This document shows, piece after piece, positions 1-10,220 of a stretch of DNA of 64,000 nt; positions within the stretch are counted from its first letter, which is position 1, and each line of letters begins with the position of its first letter. A model generated the notes under the pieces. That model searched no databases and had not been told where the DNA came from. It saw only the letters and a program-made list of their open reading frames with translations. Location of the stretch: positions 544,001 to 608,000 of the forward strand of contig JAVZJD010000001.1 of NCBI GenBank assembly GCA_038870975.1. The letters run 5' to 3'. The DNA comes from Candidatus Bathyarchaeia archaeon. Its GTDB lineage: Archaea > Thermoproteota > CALKCG01 > B24. The position numbers were made by a program, and so were the translations under genes.

Positions 1-592
1 GTGTCGGTTCCCTTTCTCCAAGCGTTAGTACGGTTTCCGCGGCTGCTCTAGCGGCGGGAAACTGAAGCTTCTCCACTTTAACGTAGAGGGAGTAGGTGAA
101 ATACCCCATGGATATGTCTGCGATGAATCCAAATATCATTGCAAGCACTGTAATGCTGATTGGAAGAAGCCATACTGGGTCGAAATACAGGAAGCTAACC
201 TCACGATATATTCTAAGCACTTCTGTTTCAGGTGGAATCCACCATGAGGGGACATACTGGGCAACGCCTAATGCATAGGATGGTTGGCTATAGGCCATAT
301 ACATGTTCTTCAGGAAGTCGTATCCTCCACCCATACTATAGAGACCAGCATAGTACGATGCCATCCACTGGAAGCTGAGTAGGATGAAGAGCTCTTGTTT
401 GGTTAGTGGTGACCCTAGATAGTGGGCTATTTCAGACCATAGCAGGATTACTATCCAAGCCTGTAGTGGAAACCACTGTCCACTTATCAGATAATAGTAG
501 ATCATTACGGGTTGTACTAAGGCAAGGGAGAATGTTAAAGCTAGTAGAGACCTCCATGTTAATCCTCGACGGACTTCACCCTCCGAGGACAT
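1..592 (-). CDS. OPT-like polytopic membrane transporter (runs off window edge)
   Basis: Manual translation from ATG at 592: MSSEGEVRRGLTWRSLLALTFS...LTKQELFILL...YVKVEKLQFP. Open to position 1; starts 4 bp after the 597..5297 stop. Not in the ORF track. Confidence 0.65.
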   Translation of the reverse strand, partial: MSSEGEVRRGLTWRSLLALTFSLALVQPVMIYYYLISGQWFPLQAWIVILLWSEIAHYLGSPLTKQELFILLSFQWMASYYAGLYSMGGGYDFLKNMYMAYSQPSYALGVAQYVPSWWIPPETEVLRIYREVSFLYFDPVWLLPISITVLAMIFGFIADISMGYFTYSLYVKVEKLQFPAARAAAETVLTLGEREPT

Positions 593-596
593 TCGA

Positions 597-3500
597 TCAC
601 CTCTTTTCTACATCAGAACCTTTCTTAAACTCCTCAAGACCTATGAAGCCCTTCTTCTTAAACGTTTCTAAGCCCGTCTCAATATATTTCTCTTTAACAT
701 CGGTTTTCAGTGTTCTCCAGATCAAAAGCTGCTTTCTCATGTTGTCTATAAACGGTCTGTTCGAGTTAACCCAATCGCTAAGCAGACCCGTGGTTCTACG
801 TAGGTATATGGTAAGTCCGTAAGGCCTCTTTCTATGCGATTCTGCTATCAGTGAAACCTGCTGAGTGATTCCTACGTCGAAGGGGGCAAGTCTAACGTTA
901 GCTGTAATGAGTTTAACATCTTTATCCTCCGCTATGTTCTCCTCAGATTTCCACTCAATGTCACCGAATGTGGCGAAAGCTCCTACACCCTCAGTTCTAT
1001 GGGCATCGAAGTACTCGTTTACGAACGCTAGGAATCCGTATATCTCACGACCGGAGAAGACGAAGGGCATTTTAATCTCCCACTCGTCTCCACGTGGCGG
1101 TGGAACCTTCCACTTACGCTCTAGAGATGGAGTTACAAGCTTAGACGCCTTGATAGATGGATAGACTGTTGAAATTATTGTTACTAGCGATGTAGACCCC
1201 AGCACGATGAATACGTAGAATGATGAGAAGTTCGGGTAGAATCCTTCAGGATACATGTTCAACGATGCGAATAGCCAGCATCCGATAACTCCGTATACAT
1301 AGCCCATTACCGCTCCGAGTAGAGCGTATACTAAAGACTCCGTTAGGAATAATACTGAAACGTGTAGCGGGGATAGCCCTACCGCCATGTATATCGATAT
1401 TTCCCTCGTCCTGTAGTATACGTTAGCTAGCATCATGTTTAGAATGGTAAAACTGCATATTATCGTTGGAAGTATGAATGTTTCAAAGCCGGTTATCGTG
1501 AACCATTGCCTATATCTAACCACTCCGAGCCTATTGGGGGCATCACTGTAGTATATGTCTGTAGTTATTCTTAAAGCTAAATCACGTGCGATGTCTCTTA
1601 TCGTCGCCGTATCGTAGGGTTTATATGCAATACTCACTATGTAAGCCCTTTCTCTTAAGAGCAGGCAGGCTTTAAGAGGCATTATCATTATCTGGCTTCC
1701 GGGGAAGTGGAAGGGTACAGCTCTACCAGCACCTGTAGTCACCAATGGCATTAGCGGAGTGATAGGTTCACCGTCAAGGTCTACTAGACCACTGCTTCCA
1801 GACCATAGCAAGTCTCCGTCGAATATACCTATGACTCTAAGTTCCATACCTAAGAAGGGTATTGTAGAGCCTATTGTTATCTCCCTACCGAGCTCCTTTG
1901 TAAGGTTGTCGGCTATTGTTTTACTTATTATACACGTGTAGACATCATCTGGACCGAACCAGTCGCTACCGGGCAATAATATTTCATCTACGTGGGAGAT
2001 CTCCTTCTCCTCGGGACTTAGAAATAGAACAGCTCCAACTTTCGTTATCAGCTTATCTGAAAATGCGAAGTATCCTAAACCTCTCTGTGGCGGCGGTGGG
2101 AATAGCCATCCTCTAGCCGAGTATATTCCGGTGCCTTTAAACTGGTTTATAACTTGGTAGTACATCTCCTCAGGAATCGCAGACCATACTGGCCTCCTTA
2201 TCAATATACCTTGATATAGTGGCGGTTCCTCCCCTTCTGATACCACTTTTACATCTTCCACTGGCCTTGGAGCAGCCATAAGCGATGTAAATGTCACCAT
2301 TGAGAAGACTAGGATGATTACCGATGATAGTGTTAATGCTGTCATAAAGCGTCTTCTCCTCATATTGCTGATAGATAGCGAAAATGCTTGGAAGGCTATG
2401 GCTGAACGGCTTATCTCCGCCGTGTGCATACCTACCATTCTCTCTTTCAAGGTCTTAGCACTCATCATAGCTTCTCTAATAACGAAGCCTAGAAGAGGCA
2501 GTATCACCATAGCTGAGCCGAATGCTAAGATTGCCATACCAGCGTTTGTAGCCAGGTGGAAGCCTGGGTGGAATATGTTCAATACGATTAACATGATTCC
2601 AAAGACTATTATAGTGGATGCTAGGAGTTTACGCTTTTCAAACCCTATGAGTCGGCTTATAGCATAGGCGAAGGGTATTGTAGCTATAGATATTACGACG
2701 ATCGTATATATTACCTGCATTATCAAATCCATCATCGAATAATACGCCATCTGCTCGTATGCCCAGGATGCGTAAGCTGCCGCATAGCTTAAACCGTAGT
2801 CTCTCATACGAGCCGCTGCTATGGCCTGATTGAAGTACTCCGTAGCTAGATTATGGAATAGCATTGTGACAGGATTGAACGTGTAGAATTGCGCAGCCAG
2901 CCTGACTCTACCATCATTCAACATATATATGTCTCTAGCGTAAATCAGAGGAGTAAACGGTATCATCAAAGTTTCGCCAGGTTTAACAGTATAACCGTAT
3001 CCAGCTGGGTTTTCAGCCGTACTGTTAAGTAGAAGACCCATTGGAAATCTCCCTCCAGCCCCACCTCCTCCAAAGGCGGCTCCGATAAATCCGAAGGTTC
3101 CAATTGCGACGCCACCACCTCCACCACCAGCAGCGGCGGCTCCATATGCACGTCCTCTCATTATGAGTATTTCAACGGGAGTGTTAGGTATGACGAAGCC
3201 CATAACGTCTCCATATGGGGACGCTAGAGCACTCTGTTGGATCAAGGGGCCGTGGGCTAATCTATTGTATAGTAATATGGCTGGCATTGAGCTTAAGTCT
3301 GTTGGATTAAAGAGGGCAAATAACACTATACTTGAACATCTAAAGATGGATACTAAGTATGATGCTTCTATGGTGGTTACGGAGGCGTAGTTTGACTGAT
3401 ACGGTGACCAGACACCTACATCTGTAGCCCATTCTATATGTCCATTTGTACTGTTGACTACAAAAGCGTTTACAGTTCCACCCGTGTAGGGTTTAACACC

Positions 3501-5297
3501 CTTAATTACAACTTCACCGTTACGGTTGGGTTTAACTACAACATCCAAAATACCTGCTAAGAAGGCTGCACCGAAGGCTGCGTAGGATGGTACTGCGGTG
3601 AGAGCGGGGGCTGAAGCTGATTGGTAATGTACGACCAAATCATCTATAGCTTCGGGGTGTCTAGTGGCGTCAAATGGATCCCAGTAGGCAGTCGTCATAT
3701 TATAGCTGACGACTCTTATAGTTAAACTGCAGTATCCCCACTCTCCCGTAGCCTCCATTCTTGAAGGTTGTTTTGGAAGATCTATTCTAGGCTCGTTTAT
3801 CAAGGCATATAGAGATGCGAATATAAACTGTACTTGAGGCCAGTAGTTTTTCCACTCGATTTTATCGAATGTATCAGCCGGAGTCTTCATAAAGTGTCTT
3901 GCGTCATTAGTTGTATGGAATGCAAATCCTCCACCGTAGCATGCTGCTACGAAGGGTTCAGAGTCGAAGTATGTTGCCCCCATGAATTCCGTCGGTGGGC
4001 ATGCGCTTATCCAGGGAGGATAAGTTAAAAGTATTTGGTCTAAGAAGTATTCGCCGTATCTAGCTCCAAGTATTTCCTTCAACGCTGGTAAATATGTCTG
4101 GAACAGTAGAGTTATCAGTTGAGTATATCTGCCGTTTAGAACCTGAAGGTTTGTATATGAGTAAACGTTGCCACGGTTGTATACGGCGAGTTGCTGACTT
4201 CCAGCAGACAGATCTAGGCTAACTAGAAAACCTACATTTCTAAACATTCCGAAGTGTCTATCAACCCATTCTCTAGCACCCCATAGGCTCTGCCAGTGTC
4301 CCGCAAATACAACAAGCATTACTGAGCGTTTAGGCGGGTTTTGAGCGAGAAGCTTAGCGAGGTTTAGCAGCGCAGATACACCTAGAGCGTCTGTCGCACC
4401 CGGGGCTAGAGCTGGTACTATAGACCATGAGTCTAGATACGCAGTTAATACGCATATTTCATTTGGATACTGTGTTCCAGGTATGAAGCCGACGATGTTG
4501 GGTACGCGTATGTTCTCCCATTTCATAAACGAATCTATCCATATTTTAACCTCACCCCTTCTCTCACAAAGCTCCTTCAGACGGAGACCTTCTTCAGGTT
4601 TCAAGTATATCCTTGGGAATGCCACTGGCAGGTTGTAGAGCTTCTGGAAAGCCTCCATTCTAGACTCTCTTCCACTACCGATGTATACGACGCCCTTGGC
4701 TCCGAACATCATAGCCAATCTAAAGAACCATCTGCTGTCGTCGAAGTCCATCAATACTACTCTACCTGTGACATTAACCTTTGATAGGTCGTCGAACTCG
4801 CCCTTACCAACATACACTAGGATATCGCCTTCAGAGGGGCTCTTATAGGGAGATGGGTTTACGAGGTTCGGCCAGAGGTTGTATCCTTCAAATGTTTCAC
4901 CATTTTCGAGGATTATCTTAGCACCGTAGTCAACTGGCACCGTGATTTCAAAGTATTCGAAGTATTCGTCGTCACCGTATGGTTGAATGCCGTAGCTTCT
5001 AAACTCAGACACAACGTAATCTACTGCTTTAAAGAAACCTGGATAGCCTGTAACTCTAGAACCACAGCTTGCGAAGAAAGCAATATGACGCATTATCTCA
5101 TCTTGGTCTATGCTACTCAAAACCTGTTTAAACATGGGGATTAGCTCTTCACTACGCTGAGGTATTAACTGTGAATAGGCTGGTGATACTACAGCAGACT
5201 CTAATAGGGCTAGTACGACCACCATAGCGAGGAAAATTGAGACCACTTTGGACTTTTGACGTCTTAGATCAACATCTAAACGTTTTGAATCTTTCAA
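597..5297 (-). CDS. Giant membrane protein: signal peptide + PA/M28 peptidase-like fold + FtsX/MacB-like permease domains
   Basis: M28-like motifs (SRVTGYPG, AYLDSWS, GATDALG, KTPADT); C-terminal FtsX signature RTREISIYMAVGLSP; multiple TM helices. Confidence 0.8.
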   Translation of the reverse strand: MKDSKRLDVDLRRQKSKVVSIFLAMVVVLALLESAVVSPAYSQLIPQRSEELIPMFKQVLSSIDQDEIMRHIAFFASCGSRVTGYPGFFKAVDYVVSEFRSYGIQPYGDDEYFEYFEITVPVDYGAKIILENGETFEGYNLWPNLVNPSPYKSPSEGDILVYVGKGEFDDLSKVNVTGRVVLMDFDDSRWFFRLAMMFGAKGVVYIGSGRESRMEAFQKLYNLPVAFPRIYLKPEEGLRLKELCERRGEVKIWIDSFMKWENIRVPNIVGFIPGTQYPNEICVLTAYLDSWSIVPALAPGATDALGVSALLNLAKLLAQNPPKRSVMLVVFAGHWQSLWGAREWVDRHFGMFRNVGFLVSLDLSAGSQQLAVYNRGNVYSYTNLQVLNGRYTQLITLLFQTYLPALKEILGARYGEYFLDQILLTYPPWISACPPTEFMGATYFDSEPFVAACYGGGFAFHTTNDARHFMKTPADTFDKIEWKNYWPQVQFIFASLYALINEPRIDLPKQPSRMEATGEWGYCSLTIRVVSYNMTTAYWDPFDATRHPEAIDDLVVHYQSASAPALTAVPSYAAFGAAFLAGILDVVVKPNRNGEVVIKGVKPYTGGTVNAFVVNSTNGHIEWATDVGVWSPYQSNYASVTTIEASYLVSIFRCSSIVLFALFNPTDLSSMPAILLYNRLAHGPLIQQSALASPYGDVMGFVIPNTPVEILIMRGRAYGAAAAGGGGGGVAIGTFGFIGAAFGGGGAGGRFPMGLLLNSTAENPAGYGYTVKPGETLMIPFTPLIYARDIYMLNDGRVRLAAQFYTFNPVTMLFHNLATEYFNQAIAAARMRDYGLSYAAAYASWAYEQMAYYSMMDLIMQVIYTIVVISIATIPFAYAISRLIGFEKRKLLASTIIVFGIMLIVLNIFHPGFHLATNAGMAILAFGSAMVILPLLGFVIREAMMSAKTLKERMVGMHTAEISRSAIAFQAFSLSISNMRRRRFMTALTLSSVIILVFSMVTFTSLMAAPRPVEDVKVVSEGEEPPLYQGILIRRPVWSAIPEEMYYQVINQFKGTGIYSARGWLFPPPPQRGLGYFAFSDKLITKVGAVLFLSPEEKEISHVDEILLPGSDWFGPDDVYTCIISKTIADNLTKELGREITIGSTIPFLGMELRVIGIFDGDLLWSGSSGLVDLDGEPITPLMPLVTTGAGRAVPFHFPGSQIMIMPLKACLLLRERAYIVSIAYKPYDTATIRDIARDLALRITTDIYYSDAPNRLGVVRYRQWFTITGFETFILPTIICSFTILNMMLANVYYRTREISIYMAVGLSPLHVSVLFLTESLVYALLGAVMGYVYGVIGCWLFASLNMYPEGFYPNFSSFYVFIVLGSTSLVTIISTVYPSIKASKLVTPSLERKWKVPPPRGDEWEIKMPFVFSGREIYGFLAFVNEYFDAHRTEGVGAFATFGDIEWKSEENIAEDKDVKLITANVRLAPFDVGITQQVSLIAESHRKRPYGLTIYLRRTTGLLSDWVNSNRPFIDNMRKQLLIWRTLKTDVKEKYIETGLETFKKKGFIGLEEFKKGSDVEKR

Positions 5298-5440
5298 CTG
5301 GAAACACCTGAATTTAGAAGTAGAGAAAAAGTATATAAGGATTTTCTCCTACGGATGACTAATCTATGCTAATAGAGCTACCTAGGAAAAAATTAAAGGA
5401 AAACATTTAAATTTGTTTTTCAATCTATCTGTAGCCTGAA

Positions 5441-5974
5441 GTGGAGCGGAAGATAATATATTTAGGCATAGCTATACTAATTGTAAGTATATACGTGTTG
5501 TTAGCAGCGCAGTCTCTATCTACCGTAGTAAGCGTAGATGAATGGATATATGATAAAAATATAAGTTTACTTGAAAATGAAATCTATGCAATAGAAGATA
5601 GGTTTGATTCTAATATCACGATAGTTGTAAATGTAATAACATATGAACACTGTATAAATTTCAAGTTTATGGATGAAGTAAACTATGGTAGATTCCTAAG
5701 GGGTGAAGAATACAACAGTATAATCGATGTTGAACATACTGCCAACTATATGCTTACGTATTGGAATAGTGAAGCCAACAAAACATACGTCGTTTTTTTA
5801 AGCAACGTAGGTCAATGCTTTGAAAAATTAGTGGAAGTGAAAATAGGAGTAAGCAAAATGCCACCTAGAAACCCCACTGAGGAAAAAGCCATTCTAACAA
5901 AATCAGGCTTCGGAATGTTAGCCGGAGCCTTTTGGATACTCTTGTATGGCATACTCAAAGAAAAGAGAAGTTAA
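5441..5974 (+). CDS. Hypothetical membrane protein (N- and C-terminal TM helices)
   Basis: 177 aa ORF with hydrophobic ends. Confidence 0.6.
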   Translation: MERKIIYLGIAILIVSIYVLLAAQSLSTVVSVDEWIYDKNISLLENEIYAIEDRFDSNITIVVNVITYEHCINFKFMDEVNYGRFLRGEEYNSIIDVEHTANYMLTYWNSEANKTYVVFLSNVGQCFEKLVEVKIGVSKMPPRNPTEEKAILTKSGFGMLAGAFWILLYGILKEKRS

Positions 5975-6822
5975 ACGGTTTGAGACGCCCCTTTCTGAGG
6001 GGGCCATTCCCTCAAATACTTCATAATGGCTTTCACCTCATCCTGCGTTAAACAAACCCTTTCAATATCTGCCGTCAATACTTCACCGCTCCAAGCGCTC
6101 TGAAGCATCTTCACGACGTTTCTTATACACTCTGGACACGAGGATACTATGCCACTCCATTGCTCCAATCCATCTTCCGTCTCAAACTTGCTAATAACCA
6201 TAACTGTTCTATCGTCTGATACGAGTATTAGTGGCAGAGGCGCTGTGGTCTTTCTAACTTCAAAGCCTAGGCTTTTAGCCCTCTTTTCAAGTTCATCACT
6301 CTGAACAATAAGCCTAACGACAACATTCTTCTTGGCTAGTTTAGATAAAGCCGACAAGAGTTTATCATATGGAATCAGCTCGTAAATGGGTAACGATATT
6401 GAGAGTGATTTAGAGGTTTTAGAGATTGTTTTAGAGAGCACGCGGCTTATTCGACTTTTGCCTAGTACGTGGGTTCGACCGTAAAACCTCATCTTAGATA
6501 TCGCGGTGTAGAGTGGTGTAAGCTCCGATATCAAGAAGTCTGAAGTCTTATAGATGTCTTTAATTATCCTATCCCTAAGGTCTCCTATAGACTTAGACGG
6601 GGGCTCAACTTGAAACATTAAAGGCCTCTGTTCAACCACGCTTATTAGATTGAGGGATTTAAGTTTCTCAATAGAAGTATAGACCTTGGGATATGGAATG
6701 CCAGTTATCGAGCTAATTTCAGAAGCCGTTAATGCGCCAAACCTTAAAATGGCTAGGTATGCTTTAGCTTCATAAGATGTTAATCCAAGCTTTCTTAAGG
6801 AACTTAATAAGTCGTATTCCAT
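5971..6822 (-). CDS. TrmB family transcriptional regulator
   Basis: LRKLGLTSYEAKAYLAIL...ISSITGIPYPKVY wHTH plus PLD-like effector domain. Confidence 0.9.
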   Translation of the reverse strand: MEYDLLSSLRKLGLTSYEAKAYLAILRFGALTASEISSITGIPYPKVYTSIEKLKSLNLISVVEQRPLMFQVEPPSKSIGDLRDRIIKDIYKTSDFLISELTPLYTAISKMRFYGRTHVLGKSRISRVLSKTISKTSKSLSISLPIYELIPYDKLLSALSKLAKKNVVVRLIVQSDELEKRAKSLGFEVRKTTAPLPLILVSDDRTVMVISKFETEDGLEQWSGIVSSCPECIRNVVKMLQSAWSGEVLTADIERVCLTQDEVKAIMKYLREWPPQKGASQTV

Positions 6823-6867
6823 TATAAAAAGGTTTATAGAAAACCTTTCATATTAAATTATCGGAAA

Positions 6868-7881
6868 ATGAAGGATGCAAGCACATTCGATGAAGTCAAA
6901 GAATTGAAAGTAGCGATTGAAGCTAGAGATTTAACCAAGCAGTACGGAGAATTCACAGCCGTAAACGGGTTGAACCTCAAAGTTTTCGATGGAGAATTCT
7001 TCGGCCTTCTTGGACCCAATGGAGCTGGGAAAACAACGACTGTTAGAATGCTTACTGGACTTATTAAACCCACTAAAGGTGAGGCGCTCATCATGGGCGC
7101 GAATATAATGGAGAGACCTCTCGACATTAAGAGGATCATAGGGGTTGTACCCGAGGTATCGAACATATACGTGGAGATGACTGCTTGGGAAAACCTCATG
7201 TTTGCAGCCGAGCTTTACGACGTCCCTCGAGGTGAAGCTGTTGAAAGAGCTAAAATGCTTCTAGAGGTTTTTGGTCTATACGATAGACGCCATGACAAAT
7301 CTGCTAACTTTTCTAAAGGTATGAGGAGGAGGCTGGCTATAGCCATGGCATTAATTCACAATCCAAAGGTTTTATTTTTGGACGAACCGACGAGTGGCTT
7401 AGACGTTCAAAGTACTAGAAACATCAGAGAGGTCGTTAGAAGACTCAATAGAGATGGAGTAACTGTTTTCATGACTACGCACTTCATAGATGAGGCCGAT
7501 AATCTATGCAATAGAGTCGGCATAATAAATAAAGGGCAATTGGTGACTTTAGATACGCCTGAAAAACTTAAACAGTCAATTGGGGGTAGACTAAGCGTTG
7601 AAATAGCGTTTCAACCCACACCAAGCTTAGAAGAGCTTAGAGAAATCTCAAGTGACATTGTGAAGACTGGAGATAAGTTTATAATTCACACGGAAAATCC
7701 ATCCACGACTCTATCTGGGCTTGTTAAACTAGCCAATACAAAAGAGTGGAGGATAGTATCAGTTAGAACTTTAACACCGAGCCTTGAGGATGTGTTTGTT
7801 AAACTCACAGGGCTTACGGCTGTTGACGTGGAACGGCTCGAGCTTGTCAGACCGTCTGGTAGAGGGAGGAGTAGAGAGTGA
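6868..7881 (+). CDS. ABC-2 exporter ATP-binding subunit (DrrA-like)
   Basis: Walker A GPNGAGKTT, signature FSKGM, Walker B LFLDEP. Confidence 0.93.
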   Translation: MKDASTFDEVKELKVAIEARDLTKQYGEFTAVNGLNLKVFDGEFFGLLGPNGAGKTTTVRMLTGLIKPTKGEALIMGANIMERPLDIKRIIGVVPEVSNIYVEMTAWENLMFAAELYDVPRGEAVERAKMLLEVFGLYDRRHDKSANFSKGMRRRLAIAMALIHNPKVLFLDEPTSGLDVQSTRNIREVVRRLNRDGVTVFMTTHFIDEADNLCNRVGIINKGQLVTLDTPEKLKQSIGGRLSVEIAFQPTPSLEELREISSDIVKTGDKFIIHTENPSTTLSGLVKLANTKEWRIVSVRTLTPSLEDVFVKLTGLTAVDVERLELVRPSGRGRSRE

Positions 7882-8627
7882 AAATAGATATTTCTCCGAG
7901 GAAGGTATTCGCCATAGCGGCGAAAGACGTTAAAACTTATTACGGTAAGCCTCCTTCACTATTCTACGGTATTGTTTTACCGTTTGCACTCTTTGGAGCC
8001 TTCCTCGCTGGAAGACCCTGTGTAACAGAAGAGTATAGAGTTGTTGGGGTTACGGTTTTATCGACGTTCTTTGGTGGAACTACAATAGCGGCTGTAATTC
8101 TTCCTCTTGAGAGGAGGAGTGGAACCATAGATAGGCTTATTCTAGCTCCCGTCTCTTTCAAGACGCTTCTACTGGGGAAAAGTCTAGCTGGTTTCATGTT
8201 TAGCTTTCCGATAACACTTTTAGTTTTATCAATAATACTTCCATTCACGGGATTCTGGAACCTTAACCCCCTTCTCCTAGTGGCTTCCATAGCTTTATCT
8301 GTGCTATTCTCCTGCTCTTTCGGTTTAGCATTCTCAGCTTCGGCTAACGACGTGGCGGATGTCATGTGGCCTATGAATTTTGTTAGATTTTTAATGATAT
8401 TCTTCTCAGGGGTCTTCATGCCTATAGATGAAATATATCTCTACATGCCCTCTCTGAAGTTCATAGCCTACTTGCTACCTTTAACGTACTCTGTGGATGC
8501 AATCTACCAGTCTATAGTTGGAATAAACGATGCAATTATGTTAATCGCAGACTTCACAATACTGATAGCGATGACACTTGTGTTTTACTACGTAGCTTAT
8601 AGAAGGTTCATAAAAACCCTGACCTGA
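7878..8627 (+). CDS. ABC-2 type permease
   Basis: ERRSGTIDRLILAP, FFSGVFMP, LPLTY motifs; about 6 TMs; overlaps the ATPase stop. Confidence 0.9.
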   Translation: MKIDISPRKVFAIAAKDVKTYYGKPPSLFYGIVLPFALFGAFLAGRPCVTEEYRVVGVTVLSTFFGGTTIAAVILPLERRSGTIDRLILAPVSFKTLLLGKSLAGFMFSFPITLLVLSIILPFTGFWNLNPLLLVASIALSVLFSCSFGLAFSASANDVADVMWPMNFVRFLMIFFSGVFMPIDEIYLYMPSLKFIAYLLPLTYSVDAIYQSIVGINDAIMLIADFTILIAMTLVFYYVAYRRFIKTLT

Positions 8628-8765
8628 AGAACCACTAGTATAGAGCTAGATAGAGGAATGACTGAGTTGTATTTTGCTCTTCCATAATTTCATCGATTTA
8701 TATCCATGTAGACGTTTGAACAGAAAAATTTATAACATTTAAAAGTTAAACATTAAAATGAGAAT

Positions 8766-10220
8766 ATGAAGAGAAAGTTTGTAGCGCTTTTTCTAATAGC
8801 GTTGGTTATTGCAGTCGCCTATTTCTTAGTCTATACAAAGCCATGGATTACTAAAATCTCCGTACTCTACCCTGAAGACGCAACAGACATAGTCAATGGA
8901 CTGAGGGCTAAGTTTGAAGAGGGAAACTGGTTTACGGGGATAGAGCTTAAGACATACGCTAGTAGTGAAGCTATCCATGAGATTTTAGGCTCAGAGAGGG
9001 TAGACGTTGTATTTGTAGACGGTATAAGCATCGCTGAAAGCTTATACGAAGATGGATACATAGATTGGTTTATAGAATTCGGGAATAGGAGTAGAAGCGT
9101 ATACTGTATAGCAACCGTTAAAGGCTCCGTCCATTCCACTCAGGCCTTAGAATTCGTGAGGTTTGTACTGGAAAACCCTGGGGTATATGCAGGTTTATGT
9201 ACTGTTGTAACACCAGCTAAAGGGTTTGGAAACGTTCCAGAGGAATTTCAGCAATACGTTGCAAAGTATAAAATTATCGTGGATTGGATTAATAGAAGCA
9301 TCGTAATACCTGAGAACGTTGGGAGAATTGTCAGCCTCGTTCCAGTGATCACAATTTCCATGATAATGATGAATGGTGGAGATTTACTGGTAGGCGTCGA
9401 TAGGATCTCCCCGACTTCTGAATTCCTACAAATAGTCTACCCGCGTATCAAAGATATACCCGTGGCCGGCTTTCTAACAGAGTTCGACGAAGAATACATA
9501 TTAAGCCTAAATCCAGACGTCGTTTTAGTGAAAGATCCTATTGTTGTTGAGAGGTTTGAAAAAATCGGAATACCCGTTATAGTGATCAACATGGGCGACC
9601 TTAACTATAACCAGCTTTATGACGCCCTTAGACTCATAGGTGACATTATCAATAGAAAAGATGAAGCAGAAGAACTAGTATCTTACTGTGAAAGTGTTAT
9701 AGAAGACCTGTTGAATGTAACGGCTAAAATCCCTAGGGAGGAAAAGCCGAAGGTTTACATTGCCATGGGTGACGGGTTGACGACACACATAACTCTTGTT
9801 TCAAAAGACACGATTCGAGTTGCTGGTGGTATATGTGTTGCTGAAAACCTCACAGCGCCCGTTGGAGCGCCTAGAGTGCAAGTATCTATGGAGACTATAC
9901 TTGAGTGGAACCCAGACGTCATAATAGCTTGGGACCCCAAGGTTAAACAACGTATTCTCTCAGACCCTAGGTGGTCTGCCGTCAACGCCGTTAAAAACGG
10001 CAGAGTTTACGTGCTACCTAGGGGTGTTAGAGAGTGGATTATACCTGAGCCTGAAGCCGTTTTAGGTGCTAAATGGCTTGCCGCAAAGCTCTACCCAGAC
10101 TTAATAAGTCCCTTAAGTAGGGATGACATTAGAGAGTTCTACAAGAGGTTTTTAAACTATACAGTTTCAGAAGAGGAAATCGATAAAATACTAAGTGGTA
10201 CATATGTCACAACGATATAA
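8766..10220 (+). CDS. Class III (BtuF/FecB-like) ABC substrate-binding protein with N-terminal partial WtpA/ModA-like domain
   Basis: C-terminal RIVSL, EYILSLNPDVVL, ETILEWNPDVII, AVKNGRVY; N-terminal part resembles one lobe of WtpA/ModA. Confidence 0.8.
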   Translation: MKRKFVALFLIALVIAVAYFLVYTKPWITKISVLYPEDATDIVNGLRAKFEEGNWFTGIELKTYASSEAIHEILGSERVDVVFVDGISIAESLYEDGYIDWFIEFGNRSRSVYCIATVKGSVHSTQALEFVRFVLENPGVYAGLCTVVTPAKGFGNVPEEFQQYVAKYKIIVDWINRSIVIPENVGRIVSLVPVITISMIMMNGGDLLVGVDRISPTSEFLQIVYPRIKDIPVAGFLTEFDEEYILSLNPDVVLVKDPIVVERFEKIGIPVIVINMGDLNYNQLYDALRLIGDIINRKDEAEELVSYCESVIEDLLNVTAKIPREEKPKVYIAMGDGLTTHITLVSKDTIRVAGGICVAENLTAPVGAPRVQVSMETILEWNPDVIIAWDPKVKQRILSDPRWSAVNAVKNGRVYVLPRGVREWIIPEPEAVLGAKWLAAKLYPDLISPLSRDDIREFYKRFLNYTVSEEEIDKILSGTYVTTI

